DNA of 64,000 nucleotides from an uncultured Armatimonadia bacterium (GCA_963749155.1 CAVVLO010000003.1:192612-256611); one strand, 5' to 3'; numbered from the stretch's first letter, positions 26,692 through 35,552 are shown. A program made the numbers and translations. The notes: generated from the letters alone by a model not told the origin.

Positions 26692-26952
26692 ACTGAACAG
26701 AACTCCTCCAAGCAATAATGGAACAGATAAGTGGTCAGGATCGGCACAAGGGACGTGGGCAGTTCTTATGCTAATCTGTGAGGATGTTACCGTTTGTTGT
26801 CACAGTTGTCAATAGCTGTTTACATTAATAAGGGCTTTAGAAGGTCGTGAAACCCCCTTGTCTCGACCTTTAGCCAGGCGCAAACTTGCGTTAGAGGAGG
26901 ATGGCGCCCCCTAACCAATTCTCTAGTCATACTGTGACCCGGGAGGCCCTGG

Positions 26953-28044
26953 ATGGTAGACCAGATGACCACCAGAGAACGCTGGCAAGCTGCCCTTGCC
27001 CTTGAGCCGGTTGACCGACTGCCTTTCTGGCCCAAACTGGATGGCGCCTACGCCAAAGCCCAGGCGGCGCCGTTCAATACAAAGTCGCTCGATGAGTTGC
27101 ACGACTGGATTGGCAGTGATCCCCATGTCGGCATCGCCGGCTGCGTTCGTATCGAGCGCGCCAGGACAGAGGAGGCCTGGCGCGAAGAGGGCAATAACCG
27201 CTGGCATAGCTGGCGCACGCCTTATGGAGAGCTCGATCAGTTTCTGCAATTTGATGGACCATCCCATTCCTGGCACCCGATGACCTTCCCTGTCAGGGAC
27301 AGAGAAAGCCTCCTGGCTATGACGGCCTTCTACGAAGATGCAAAACCTGTGCTGGACGAGCGGTTGCTTGAGACCACGACTGCGCAAGTTGCGGCTGTCG
27401 GAGAGCGAGGCTACACTTTTGCGGGCATTGGCGAGTCGCCTCTGATGTACTGGGTCGAATGGCTCGCGGGGGTCGAACAGGCCCATCTGCTGCTTGTGGA
27501 TTATCCCGCCGAGGTCGAGGCACTTTTTGATGCCATCCAAAGTTTTCTGGTCGGAGTCGCGAGGATAATGATCGAATACAGCCCGGTAGAGGCGCTGTAT
27601 CTTGTTGAAAACACCTCAACGACGCTTATCTCCCCCACCCAGTACCACAAATACTGTCTGCCTCACGTGGGGCAGATCGCCCAGATGGCAAGTGATGCGG
27701 GCAGGTCAATGATCCTGCATATGTGCGGTCATCTGAAAGCGCTGCTACCGGACCTCTCGACAGTGCCGGTCAGGGGTTTCGAGGCTTTTACCTCCCCCAC
27801 GCTTGGGAACACTAGCCTGCTGGAGGGGCGCACTGGCTGTCCAGACAAGGCCCTAATAGGCGGTACCAATGCGATGCTCTGGCTGAAACCTGCCAGGCAG
27901 ATAATCGCCAAGCTTGAAGAGGACCTGGGCGCGCTGCCGCATCGGCGAGGGATTGTAGTCACCTCCGGCGGCGTGATGCCGCCCTTCTCGAAGCCTGAGA
28001 CAATCCGTGCGGTATGTGACTGGGTGAAGGCTTATCCGGTCTGA
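26953..28044 (+). CDS. URO-D-like superfamily protein (second copy)
   Basis: 363-aa uninterrupted ORF. TTRERWQAALALEPVDRLPFWPK; ...ILHMCGHLKALLPDL. Same architecture as 11154-12314. Confidence 0.65.
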   Translation: MVDQMTTRERWQAALALEPVDRLPFWPKLDGAYAKAQAAPFNTKSLDELHDWIGSDPHVGIAGCVRIERARTEEAWREEGNNRWHSWRTPYGELDQFLQFDGPSHSWHPMTFPVRDRESLLAMTAFYEDAKPVLDERLLETTTAQVAAVGERGYTFAGIGESPLMYWVEWLAGVEQAHLLLVDYPAEVEALFDAIQSFLVGVARIMIEYSPVEALYLVENTSTTLISPTQYHKYCLPHVGQIAQMASDAGRSMILHMCGHLKALLPDLSTVPVRGFEAFTSPTLGNTSLLEGRTGCPDKALIGGTNAMLWLKPARQIIAKLEEDLGALPHRRGIVVTSGGVMPPFSKPETIRAVCDWVKAYPV

Positions 28045-28052
28045 GAGAGATA

Positions 28053-30560
28053 TTGGTGAGGAAGGCGTTAGTGAGTCCAGCGCGCTGGCTGGTTTTGGTG
28101 TTTCTGTTTGTCTACGGGGCGGTTGTCCTGGCTGAGGAGACGCCTTCGCCCGAGCTTGCGCTTGCCTATACGAAGGTGATGGTAGCCGAAGCACTGCTGG
28201 AAGACGCCACCAGGTCGCTCAGGGCCTCCATCGGGTATGCGGAGCAGGCCGGCCTGCCGACCGCGCGGGCTCGTATTACGCTGAGACAGGCCGAGAGCGC
28301 CCTTTCGCAGCTTGCCACCGAGCTGCAGGCAGACACCCCAAAGCCGGGGCTGGCCTCGATGGACTTCCCCGCGCTTGCAAGGCTCTGCGAAGTAACCCAG
28401 ACCGCCGTTAAGGATGCGACCGAAGGCTTGCGACAGTCTCTTGCGCTAGCGAGCGACTGCTCGGAAGAAGGGGCGCCCTTTAGCCCTCTGCCACCAGTAG
28501 GAGAGGGGGCGTTGGCCGATCAGTTGGTGTTCACGGCGCTTGCCCCAATGCAGTCGTGGTCAGGTTGGGCGCTGGGAGAGAATGCCTGGCTCCCCCTGCG
28601 CGAACTCGGCCTGCAGGCGCTAAGCCCCTGGCTCGGTTGGTACGCGCCCAATCCGGCCGCTCCGATGGCCGGGCAATCACCCGAGAGAATGGCTCAGATG
28701 GCAGACCGACTCGAGCTGCTGGGCTTCCCTCTGCTGGTATGGCTGGAGCCAGAATACGCTTTGCCTGGTCTGGTGGAAGAGTTAGGAGAGGAGGCCTTCC
28801 TGCATGATTCCGGAGGTCGCTGGCAGGCCAGCACGCGAATCAACAACACCATCAACGTCTTCAACCCGCGGGTGCGCGAGGCGCTTGCCGACTGGCTGGA
28901 GGACGTCGCCACTGGCCAGCGGGACGATGGGCGGTTTCTGGGCTATGAGTTGATAGAGGAGGCCGCCCTCAGGTTCGATGTCAGCGACCCGAACAATCCG
29001 ATTATCGAGCCCCACCTGGGCGGCTATTCAGAGAGCGCGCGGAAGGCCTTCGGGGCGAGGCTGGAATCGGAATACGGCAACATCGCGGCCCTCAACTCGA
29101 AATGGGGCAGTGACTACGCTACCTTTGCGGACGTAGCCCCTCCTGCCGAACTGCGCCGGGCCGAGGGAGAGTGGTCAGGACCGGAAGTAGCGCTGCTTGT
29201 GGAGTTCCAGGAGTTTCGCGCCGCGGAGCACGCAGAGTATTTCCGCCAGTTGGTTGGAGCCTTGCATCGAGGAGCTCCGGATAAACCAGTTTTGCCGCAG
29301 TTTACAACCTCACTCTTCGGCGATCCGCTTGGCGGGGTAGACCTGTTCCGGATGGCCGAAGCGGGCTTCGATATCATCACTTATCACACCGAGACGGCTT
29401 TCCCCTATGTATACAGCCTTGCGCGGCGCGTCGGGAAGCCGCTTTGGAACGATGAGTATATCTGGTCGAATCTTGCCCCGCGAGAAGCAACTGGAGAACA
29501 AGCTCTTCGCGCGGTAGCCTCGGCCAACCTGTGGCGCAACCTGATGTGGGGCGCGCGCGGGTTTGTGCTTTTCAATCTGGATTTCGCGTGGAACCACCCC
29601 AAGGACGGTGGTGACTGGAACAACGACCTGCTGAATCCGGAACTCGGTCACCTTGTGCCCCGCTATGCGGCGGGAGCCTTCCCTCAGGCGCTGCGCAAGC
29701 CACCTTCCTTCTTTAAGGAGCTCTACAACAGCGAAGTGGTAAATGAGGGTTTGCTGGTCCTGGAGCCTACAACGTCAGTTTATGCGGCTGTGCCAACTGG
29801 GACAAGCCAGTGGTGGGCGCGCCGGCTGACCGAAGAACTGACCAGACGCTTCTACCGGCCGGCCTACTGCCCTGAGCGATACCTTGCCGATGGCAGCGAG
29901 GACCTGACGGCTTACCGCACGGTGGTCGTACCTGCTGCTCCCTATCTGCCCGAGGCCGTCGCCGAAGCGCTAGGGAAATGGGTAAACAACGGTGGCACAC
30001 TCATCGCGCTGGGCCCGTTCGCCATGCGGGACGAATACGGCAGGACGCGCCCACCCGAGGCGCCCTTCGCTGCGATTATGCCCGGCGAGACGCTGACAGT
30101 GGGTGAAGGCCAGGTTGTGAGCGTGGCTTATAGCGGCGCGCCGGACGCCATCATCGCTCGCGCCGCCGAGGCAGTGGATTCGGCGACTGGCGCCAGAGCC
30201 TGTTGGTCGGATGCGCCTCTCGAGTTGATGCTGCGCGCGCTGCCCGATGGGCGCCTGCTACTGATTGCCTTGAATCCCAGCTCTAACGAACAGGCCTCGG
30301 GCGCTGTCTTCGTCTCAGGTGACTTCCAGACTGCTGTGGATCTCACCGTCGAGGGATGGATTCCTCTGGTTTTGCAAAAAACGTCCAGCGCAGTTGCCCT
30401 CCCCGTCGCCTTGCACCGGGCGAGGCGCGAGTCTTCCTGCTGCGGGTTAGGAGTGAGAAGTTTCGGGAGCGAAGACTCCCGAAACACGCAAGAAAAGAAG
30501 TGGCGTGTATCGGGAGCTTGCTCCCGATACCTCATTCGGACCTCGTTAGCCGCAGGATAA
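28053..30560 (+). CDS. Secreted GH42-like glycosidase with an N-terminal helical extension; 3' end uncertain
   Basis: Signal peptide MVRKALVSPARWLVLVFLFVYGAVVLA. GYSESARKAFGARLESEYGNIAALNSKWGSDYATFADVAPP. NNGGTLIALGPFAMRDEYGR. After about 30400 the listed frame reads into the hairpin repeats, while a typical C-terminal strand LAPGEARVFLLRV lies in another frame. Confidence 0.7.
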   Translation: MVRKALVSPARWLVLVFLFVYGAVVLAEETPSPELALAYTKVMVAEALLEDATRSLRASIGYAEQAGLPTARARITLRQAESALSQLATELQADTPKPGLASMDFPALARLCEVTQTAVKDATEGLRQSLALASDCSEEGAPFSPLPPVGEGALADQLVFTALAPMQSWSGWALGENAWLPLRELGLQALSPWLGWYAPNPAAPMAGQSPERMAQMADRLELLGFPLLVWLEPEYALPGLVEELGEEAFLHDSGGRWQASTRINNTINVFNPRVREALADWLEDVATGQRDDGRFLGYELIEEAALRFDVSDPNNPIIEPHLGGYSESARKAFGARLESEYGNIAALNSKWGSDYATFADVAPPAELRRAEGEWSGPEVALLVEFQEFRAAEHAEYFRQLVGALHRGAPDKPVLPQFTTSLFGDPLGGVDLFRMAEAGFDIITYHTETAFPYVYSLARRVGKPLWNDEYIWSNLAPREATGEQALRAVASANLWRNLMWGARGFVLFNLDFAWNHPKDGGDWNNDLLNPELGHLVPRYAAGAFPQALRKPPSFFKELYNSEVVNEGLLVLEPTTSVYAAVPTGTSQWWARRLTEELTRRFYRPAYCPERYLADGSEDLTAYRTVVVPAAPYLPEAVAEALGKWVNNGGTLIALGPFAMRDEYGRTRPPEAPFAAIMPGETLTVGEGQVVSVAYSGAPDAIIARAAEAVDSATGARACWSDAPLELMLRALPDGRLLLIALNPSSNEQASGAVFVSGDFQTAVDLTVEGWIPLVLQKTSSAVALPVALHRARRESSCCGLGVRSFGSEDSRNTQEKKWRVSGACSRYLIRTSLAAG

Positions 30561-30924
30561 AAAAGTGGCGTGTATCGGGAGCTTGCTCCCGATACTTGTT
30601 TCGGCCACATCCTCCAAGGTTTCGGGAGCAAAGACTAAAGGCAACTTCGGGCGGGTTACACCCGCCATTTTGAAACGAACGACAAAAGGCTCAAGAGCCA
30701 GGGCGAAAAGCTAAAGGCAACTTCGGGCGGGCTGCACCCGCCTATTTGAAGTGAACAGCGAAAGGCTCAAAGGCCAGGGCGGAAAAGCGCGGGGGCATCG
30801 CCCCCACACCCCCGCTAGTTGGCAACTTCAGGCGGGTTGCACCCGCCATTGTGATGAACATCAAAAGGCTCAAAGCCCAGGGCTAAAGGCGCGGGGGTAT
30901 CACCCCCGCACCCCCGCTAGTTGG
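30458..30924. repeat. Composite array of hairpin-forming repeats (REP-like / terminator-like) between convergent genes
   Basis: GTTTCGGGAG-cgaaga-CTCCCGAAAC at 30460-30485. Two identical 33-mers AAGTGGCGTGTATCGGGAGCTTGCTCCCGATAC at 30498-30530 and 30563-30595. Three ~65-76-nt units starting GGCAACTTC at 30640, 30716 and 30821. Two 36-nt units GCGCGGGGG(C/T)ATC(G/A)CCCCC...GCTAGTTGG at 30787-30822 and 30889-30924. Confidence 0.8.
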
Positions 30925-31524
30925 CTAATCCGGCTTGCGCGCGGTGATGAGGAAGAGTGGGTATTCACGCATCCCGCCCTCGTGCTCGCGCTTCATCACA
31001 TAAACGGTCTCCGAGGTCAGCCCTTCGAGGCCTTGCCCCTCCAGTAGCTCCAGCAGCCACTGCCTGTCCAGACCATCGTGGGAGTGATCGACTCCCTCGC
31101 CGTGGAACGAGCCGTCTTCGACATCCAGATCCACCAACGCCAGCGCGCCCCCCGGCCGAAGCAGCCTGGTGAAGCCTTCCAGTACGCGCGGGATGTCCTC
31201 AATATGGTGCAAAGCCATCACACAGACAGCCAAATCTACTTGCAATTCCTCTGGGGGAGCGTCCTTTTCCAGATCCAGCACAAAGCCCTGGATGTTCGCA
31301 AAGGACTGCTCTCTGGCAGCTTTCTCGATATCCTTTACGACCTGGGCTGATTTGTCGGCTGCAATTACGCGTTTGGCGTAAGGCTGAAGCGCGAAAGTGA
31401 CTGGCCCGCTGCCTGTGCCGTAATCAAGCACCTCGCCAAAGGTCTCCCGCTGGAGTAACTCCTGCAAACGCCTTACTAGTTGCTCTGATCTGTCCTGACG
31501 GCCTTCCGGGGTAGAGAGACGCAT
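30925..31524 (-). CDS. Class I SAM-dependent methyltransferase
   Basis: ATG at 31524 after AGGAGG (the ORF track extends to 31638). VLDYGTGSGPVTFAL (motif I), LLRPGGALALVDL. Confidence 0.8.
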   Translation of the reverse strand: MRLSTPEGRQDRSEQLVRRLQELLQRETFGEVLDYGTGSGPVTFALQPYAKRVIAADKSAQVVKDIEKAAREQSFANIQGFVLDLEKDAPPEELQVDLAVCVMALHHIEDIPRVLEGFTRLLRPGGALALVDLDVEDGSFHGEGVDHSHDGLDRQWLLELLEGQGLEGLTSETVYVMKREHEGGMREYPLFLITARKPD

Positions 31525-31649
31525 CTGGCTTTCCTCCTGACTAGTTTTATGAAAACTATACACCTCGCATCTTCCGTGGACCAGTCCTGGGCAGGCCCAC
31601 TCGAAGTCCTGGCGAAAGCTGAGGACAAGTCCAAACAAAAGGAACTCAA

Positions 31650-32465
31650 ATGGCTTCTGGAGAAACTCAATTAGATGTCCGCAGTTATGGCTCTACTGGC
31701 CCGCTGGTTATCGTTGTGCACGGTGGGCCTGGCGCGCCAGGTTCCGCGCAGGGACTGGCCTGGCCGCTGATGCAGCGCTTCCGCGTGCTGGAGCCCTTTC
31801 AATGCAGGCGGGGCGAGCAGCCGCTTTCTGTTGCGACCCATGTGGCAGACCTTGCCGCCCTTATCGCCGATCAGCAGGAGCAGCGCCCGGCACTCGTGGG
31901 TCATTCCTGGGGGGCGATGCTTGTACTGGCGCTGGCTGCGGCGCATCCGGAGCTGGTCGGGCCACTGGCGCTGGTCGGATGCGGCACCTTCGACACCCAG
32001 GCTCGAGCCGTTTTCCGCCAGACCTCGGATGAGCGACTTGGCGCCGAAGGCAGGGCCAGGCTGGCCAGGCTCGAGGAGGACTATCCTGACGAGGAGGAGC
32101 GCTACGCCGCGCTGGGGGCGCTGTATGGTGAGATTTACGAGTATGACGCGGAGCCCTCTCCACCCAATCCCCAGCCTGGGGACGCCGTAGGCGGTGAGGA
32201 AGCCTGGCAGGATATGCTGCGGCTGCAAGAGGCGGGTGTCTATCCGCAATCCTTTTCGGCCATCACCAGCCCTGTCCTGATGCTGCACGGCGACTGGGAT
32301 CCCCACCCCGGCCCACTCATACGTGACGGTTTGAAGCGATATATCCCAGAGCTCGAATACCATGAGCTGCCTCTTTGCGGCCACGAGCCCTGGCGAGAGC
32401 GCCAGGCCAGAGAGCGGTTCTTTAGCGCGCTGACCGAGTGGCTGCTGAAAAACTCAGCCAGCTAG
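31650..32465 (+). CDS. Alpha/beta-fold hydrolase (proline iminopeptidase-like)
   Basis: VVHGGPGAPGS, nucleophile elbow LVGHSWGAML, C-terminal ...LPLCGHEPW. Confidence 0.75.
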   Translation: MASGETQLDVRSYGSTGPLVIVVHGGPGAPGSAQGLAWPLMQRFRVLEPFQCRRGEQPLSVATHVADLAALIADQQEQRPALVGHSWGAMLVLALAAAHPELVGPLALVGCGTFDTQARAVFRQTSDERLGAEGRARLARLEEDYPDEEERYAALGALYGEIYEYDAEPSPPNPQPGDAVGGEEAWQDMLRLQEAGVYPQSFSAITSPVLMLHGDWDPHPGPLIRDGLKRYIPELEYHELPLCGHEPWRERQARERFFSALTEWLLKNSAS

Positions 32466-33730
32466 ACCAACTCGCGCGCGCCTTCGGTAGCAGCTTTATG
32501 TGTTCTGGTCGCCTCGTTTTTCAGCCAGTAGAGAAGTCCAATTAGCAACAACGGGTAGGCGGTAGCGACTAGCAAGCCAGTGCGCAGGCCAATCTGTTCT
32601 GCCGTGGCCTGGGGCCCAAGCAAAGTGTGGAAGAGCGCCTGAAAGGGCGAGCCCAGGTCGGCGAGATAGCCAACGAACCAGGGCGCGACAGCCGCGCCTA
32701 GATCGCCCGAGGCAGCCATAACCGCAAACATCGAAGCGCCCGCAAGCGGAAAGCGCGCGGCCGTGACCGAGAGCATTCCCGGCCAGAGCAGACTTACCCC
32801 AAGCCCCGCAATGACACAGGCGGCAAGTGAAATAAAAGGCCAGGGCGCCAGGCTTGCAATCAGGTACACCACGACTGAAAGGCAGGCGCAAACCAGCAGA
32901 ACGCGATGCAGGTTCAGCTTCTCTCCCTTTATCCCGAACCAGACTCGCCCAACGCCAATTGCGGCAGCAAAGAGGCACATCCCGCCCAGGTCGCCCCACA
33001 GTTTTGGAAAGCCAAGGCCGCGTTCGGCATAGGCAGAAATCCACTGGTTAACCGAGACTTCCGAGGCGCCTGCAAGACCGATGCACGCTACCGCTACAAG
33101 GTAGGCAGGTTGCCTGATAAGACTGCGCATACGCTGGCGCTGGGCCTCAGGGACGAAGGGGGGCAGAGTGAGCCGCGCAAAACCGATAGTCGCAAGCAGG
33201 GGGAATATCGCCCAGCAAAGCGTCAGAAGCCGCCAGTGAGAGACTCCGAAAGCGAACAGGGCCAGGGTGGTGAAGAGTATCACGCAGAGCTGGCCCCAGG
33301 CATAAAAAGAATGGGCCAGCGCCATATCCTGGGCTTTCTGCTCGGAGGGCACGGCGTTCATTATCGGGCTGAGCATCAGCTCCAGAAGCCCCGCGCCCGC
33401 CGCGAAGACGAGAGTGCCGATTACCAGCCCTGTATAAGGGTGTTCCAGCAAGGCGGGCAGCACGGCAAACAGAACCAGCCCCAGGCAGGCCAGGGCGTTT
33501 GCCGCCACTATAAAGCGCTTGGGGCCTACCTTCGGCACGAGCGCGCCGCATCCAAGGTCCATTACAATCTGGATGCTGAAATTGATCAGGATGAGTCTTC
33601 CGAGCTGCTCGTAGGTCAGGCCGAGTTCAGTCTTCAAGGGAATAAAAAGTACAGGCGCCAGATTGATTACCAGCGCCTGCACAAACATACCCAGATAACA
33701 GAACCTGACGACTAACCGGTTGCTGTCCAC
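32462..33730 (-). CDS. MFS transporter
   Basis: 422-aa uninterrupted ORF with about 12 hydrophobic segments. GTG start. Its stop overlaps the convergent hydrolase stop by 4 nt. Confidence 0.8.
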   Translation of the reverse strand: MDSNRLVVRFCYLGMFVQALVINLAPVLFIPLKTELGLTYEQLGRLILINFSIQIVMDLGCGALVPKVGPKRFIVAANALACLGLVLFAVLPALLEHPYTGLVIGTLVFAAGAGLLELMLSPIMNAVPSEQKAQDMALAHSFYAWGQLCVILFTTLALFAFGVSHWRLLTLCWAIFPLLATIGFARLTLPPFVPEAQRQRMRSLIRQPAYLVAVACIGLAGASEVSVNQWISAYAERGLGFPKLWGDLGGMCLFAAAIGVGRVWFGIKGEKLNLHRVLLVCACLSVVVYLIASLAPWPFISLAACVIAGLGVSLLWPGMLSVTAARFPLAGASMFAVMAASGDLGAAVAPWFVGYLADLGSPFQALFHTLLGPQATAEQIGLRTGLLVATAYPLLLIGLLYWLKNEATRTHKAATEGARELV

Positions 33731-33833
33731 TCGGAATCCTTTTGGCTAGATTGTCCACATCCTGGCCAGCGCGAAGCTGTTCCAAGGGCCCAATCCAGCG
33801 AAGCATCCAGGTGGTTGCCGGTTGCCAGTTGGG

Positions 33834-34064
33834 CTATTTGACAGTTTTTTTGCGCGCCCCAACCGGGGTTGCCACGAGCCAGCCGGTCGGCATCATATCA
33901 TCCGAAGGCGGTACGCCGTGCTCCTTACGGTATTCCTTCCGCTTGCATTCTGCCTCTTTGGGGCCTTTACAGTAGGTTTTCATAAACCCTTTACAAGCCA
34001 GATCCTTGGTCTTCTGATATTTCTTGAAGTAGCCGCACTGTTCGAGCAACTCACAATCTGCCAT
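33834..34064 (-). CDS. Small Cys-rich protein (76 aa), paralog of 18501-18728
   Basis: GGGAGG RBS. MADCELLEQCGYFKKYQKTKDLACKGFMKTYCKGPKEAECKRKEYRKEHGVPPSDDMMPTG. It shares 38 of 61 hand-aligned positions with the other copy, including 5 Cys. Confidence 0.75.
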   Translation of the reverse strand: MADCELLEQCGYFKKYQKTKDLACKGFMKTYCKGPKEAECKRKEYRKEHGVPPSDDMMPTGWLVATPVGARKKTVK

Positions 34065-34125
34065 AAGCCAGCCTCCCTGGGGTTTGTGAGGGCCTTGTAG
34101 CCCCTTCCCTGTGCTGGTTCAGGCT

Positions 34126-35025
34126 TTATCGGCAGACTGGGCACTGAAACTTTAGCTTTTCGCGAAAGAAATTTCTGGAAAATTTGTTTAGCTTGCTCTC
34201 GCCGTTGCCAGCGCCTCGTGTAAAAAGCCAGCATACTCGCCAACGAGGGGGTCTTCGTCCTGCCGATTCCATCGCGACCACTTCGATATGCGCAGTGATG
34301 CGCTGAGGCTGGCGGTCGAGTATCGCCGCGATAGCCGCCAGGTCTGGGATGGACTGCTCCGGATGGCCAGTGGTCAGCACCGCGCCATAATCACGGAAGA
34401 CGAAATGCACTCCCTTGAAGTGGCAATTAACGATGTGCGGGGCGAACTCCTCGGCAAAGGCGACGGCGTCCTCCCCCACTGGCAGCAGGTTGCCGGTGTC
34501 CAGCGTGATGGCAAGGAAAGGCGAATCCACGGCCGCCAGCAGGTAGCGGAAGTCCGCTGAGCGGAAGTCGAGATGGCCTTCCAGCGCGATAGTGATGCCC
34601 GCCTGCTCCGCCAGTGCCACGACGCGTTTGAGGTTGTCTGCGCAGAGCGCAAGCGGGGGCTGGTCGCCGATGGAAAGCCGCTGGTTCAGCATCCCATCGA
34701 ACCGCAGTCGCTCGGCGCCGATGTAGCGAGAGACCTCGAGCTGCGTGGCCACCATCGCGAGCATCCCCTCGCGCTCGGACTCATCCGCCATCAGCGGCGC
34801 GAAGCCCGAAACCTGGCAGGCGATGTCACGCTCAGCGGCCAGGCGCTTGAGGAGTTTTACCTGGTCCCAGTCGCAGCCATCGGGACTGTGGCAGGGGAAG
34901 TGACACCACTCGTTGGACTCGAGGTCCAGCTCCTCGCAGCGCGCGATGAAGCGCTCTGGCGTCATCTTCCCTTCTTGCCAGGACAGGTGGTACGAATAGC
35001 TCATAAGACCAGGCACAACAGGCAT
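34126..35025 (-). CDS. Xylose-isomerase-like TIM-barrel protein (sugar phosphate isomerase/epimerase family); C-terminus frameshifted
   Basis: ATG at 35025 after GGAGG. GITIALEGHLDF, FLAITLDTGNLLPVGED. After a +1 shift at about 34260-34266 a better C-terminus reads ...QDEDPLVGEYAGFLHEALATARAS, with a TAA at 34188-34190. Confidence 0.75.
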   Translation of the reverse strand: MPVVPGLMSYSYHLSWQEGKMTPERFIARCEELDLESNEWCHFPCHSPDGCDWDQVKLLKRLAAERDIACQVSGFAPLMADESEREGMLAMVATQLEVSRYIGAERLRFDGMLNQRLSIGDQPPLALCADNLKRVVALAEQAGITIALEGHLDFRSADFRYLLAAVDSPFLAITLDTGNLLPVGEDAVAFAEEFAPHIVNCHFKGVHFVFRDYGAVLTTGHPEQSIPDLAAIAAILDRQPQRITAHIEVVAMESAGRRPPRWRVCWLFTRGAGNGESKLNKFSRNFFREKLKFQCPVCR

Positions 35026-35044
35026 CTGGGCGTCCTCCCCGGCT

Positions 35045-35485
35045 TTAGTGGACCTGACTCCAGTCCAGCACCTGCAACAAACCCTCGGCGCGCGCATCAC
35101 GCAGGGCCTCATACAGGGGCTGGATGTCGGCTGGATTCCGTTTTACGATGAACTGGGGCCCCGCGATGCTGCCCTCGGCAAGCCAGGAGAGAGCCGTGCG
35201 CAGGTTGCTCCACAGGCTGACTGGTTGAAGCTCGTTCTCGTGCATCGGCAGCGCCCATTCCCAACCGCCGCGGATGGTGAGATAGCCGAAGAAGATGGCT
35301 TTCAGCAGCGTGAAGGCCGACTGCTCGGTGCGCTGATGCCAGGGAGTGCCGACCTGGACGAGTTCGCCAGCGCGGCGCATCAGGCCGCAAGCGTCCAGCA
35401 TAGCCTGCTCGTGGCTGGAGCACTCGAGGGCCAGCGCGACCCGCCCGCCGATGACGGGGGCAGCCTCGGCGGCAGTGCCGAACAC
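35045..35485 (-). CDS. MDR/zinc-type alcohol dehydrogenase-like protein, C-terminal part (fragment 2 of 2)
   Basis: Continues ...ADQVALLEPKAERRAWASEAGIQLVFGTAAEAAPV... from the upstream fragment after a +1 shift at about 35548-35560. Confidence 0.7.
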   Translation of the reverse strand: MFGTAAEAAPVIGGRVALALECSSHEQAMLDACGLMRRAGELVQVGTPWHQRTEQSAFTLLKAIFFGYLTIRGGWEWALPMHENELQPVSLWSNLRTALSWLAEGSIAGPQFIVKRNPADIQPLYEALRDARAEGLLQVLDWSQVH

Positions 35486-35552
35486 AAGCTGGATGCCTGC
35501 CTCGCTCGCCCAGGCGCGCCGCTCGGCCTTAGGCTCCAGCAGGGCGACCTGA

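Noticed and set aside
25420-26950. Genomic island or mobile element at the AT-richer patch
   Set aside because: No integrase, transposase, flanking direct or inverted repeats, or tRNA was seen. Only a compositional impression from hand counts supports it, so it is kept as a low-score finding rather than called a mobile element.
30498-30595. Possible mini-CRISPR: two identical 33-nt partly palindromic repeats separated by a 32-nt spacer
   Set aside because: There are only two copies and no cas genes in the window. The flanking sequences are related hairpin repeats rather than unique spacers. The whole region is better described as a REP/terminator-like hairpin array.
30356-30673. Repeated peptide KKWRVSGACSRY (twice) in ORFs crossing the repeat array, considered as a RiPP-like precursor
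   Set aside because: The peptide repeat is simply the translation of the duplicated 33-nt DNA hairpin. There is no start/RBS context and no adjacent modifying enzyme; the radical SAM gene is 21 kb away.
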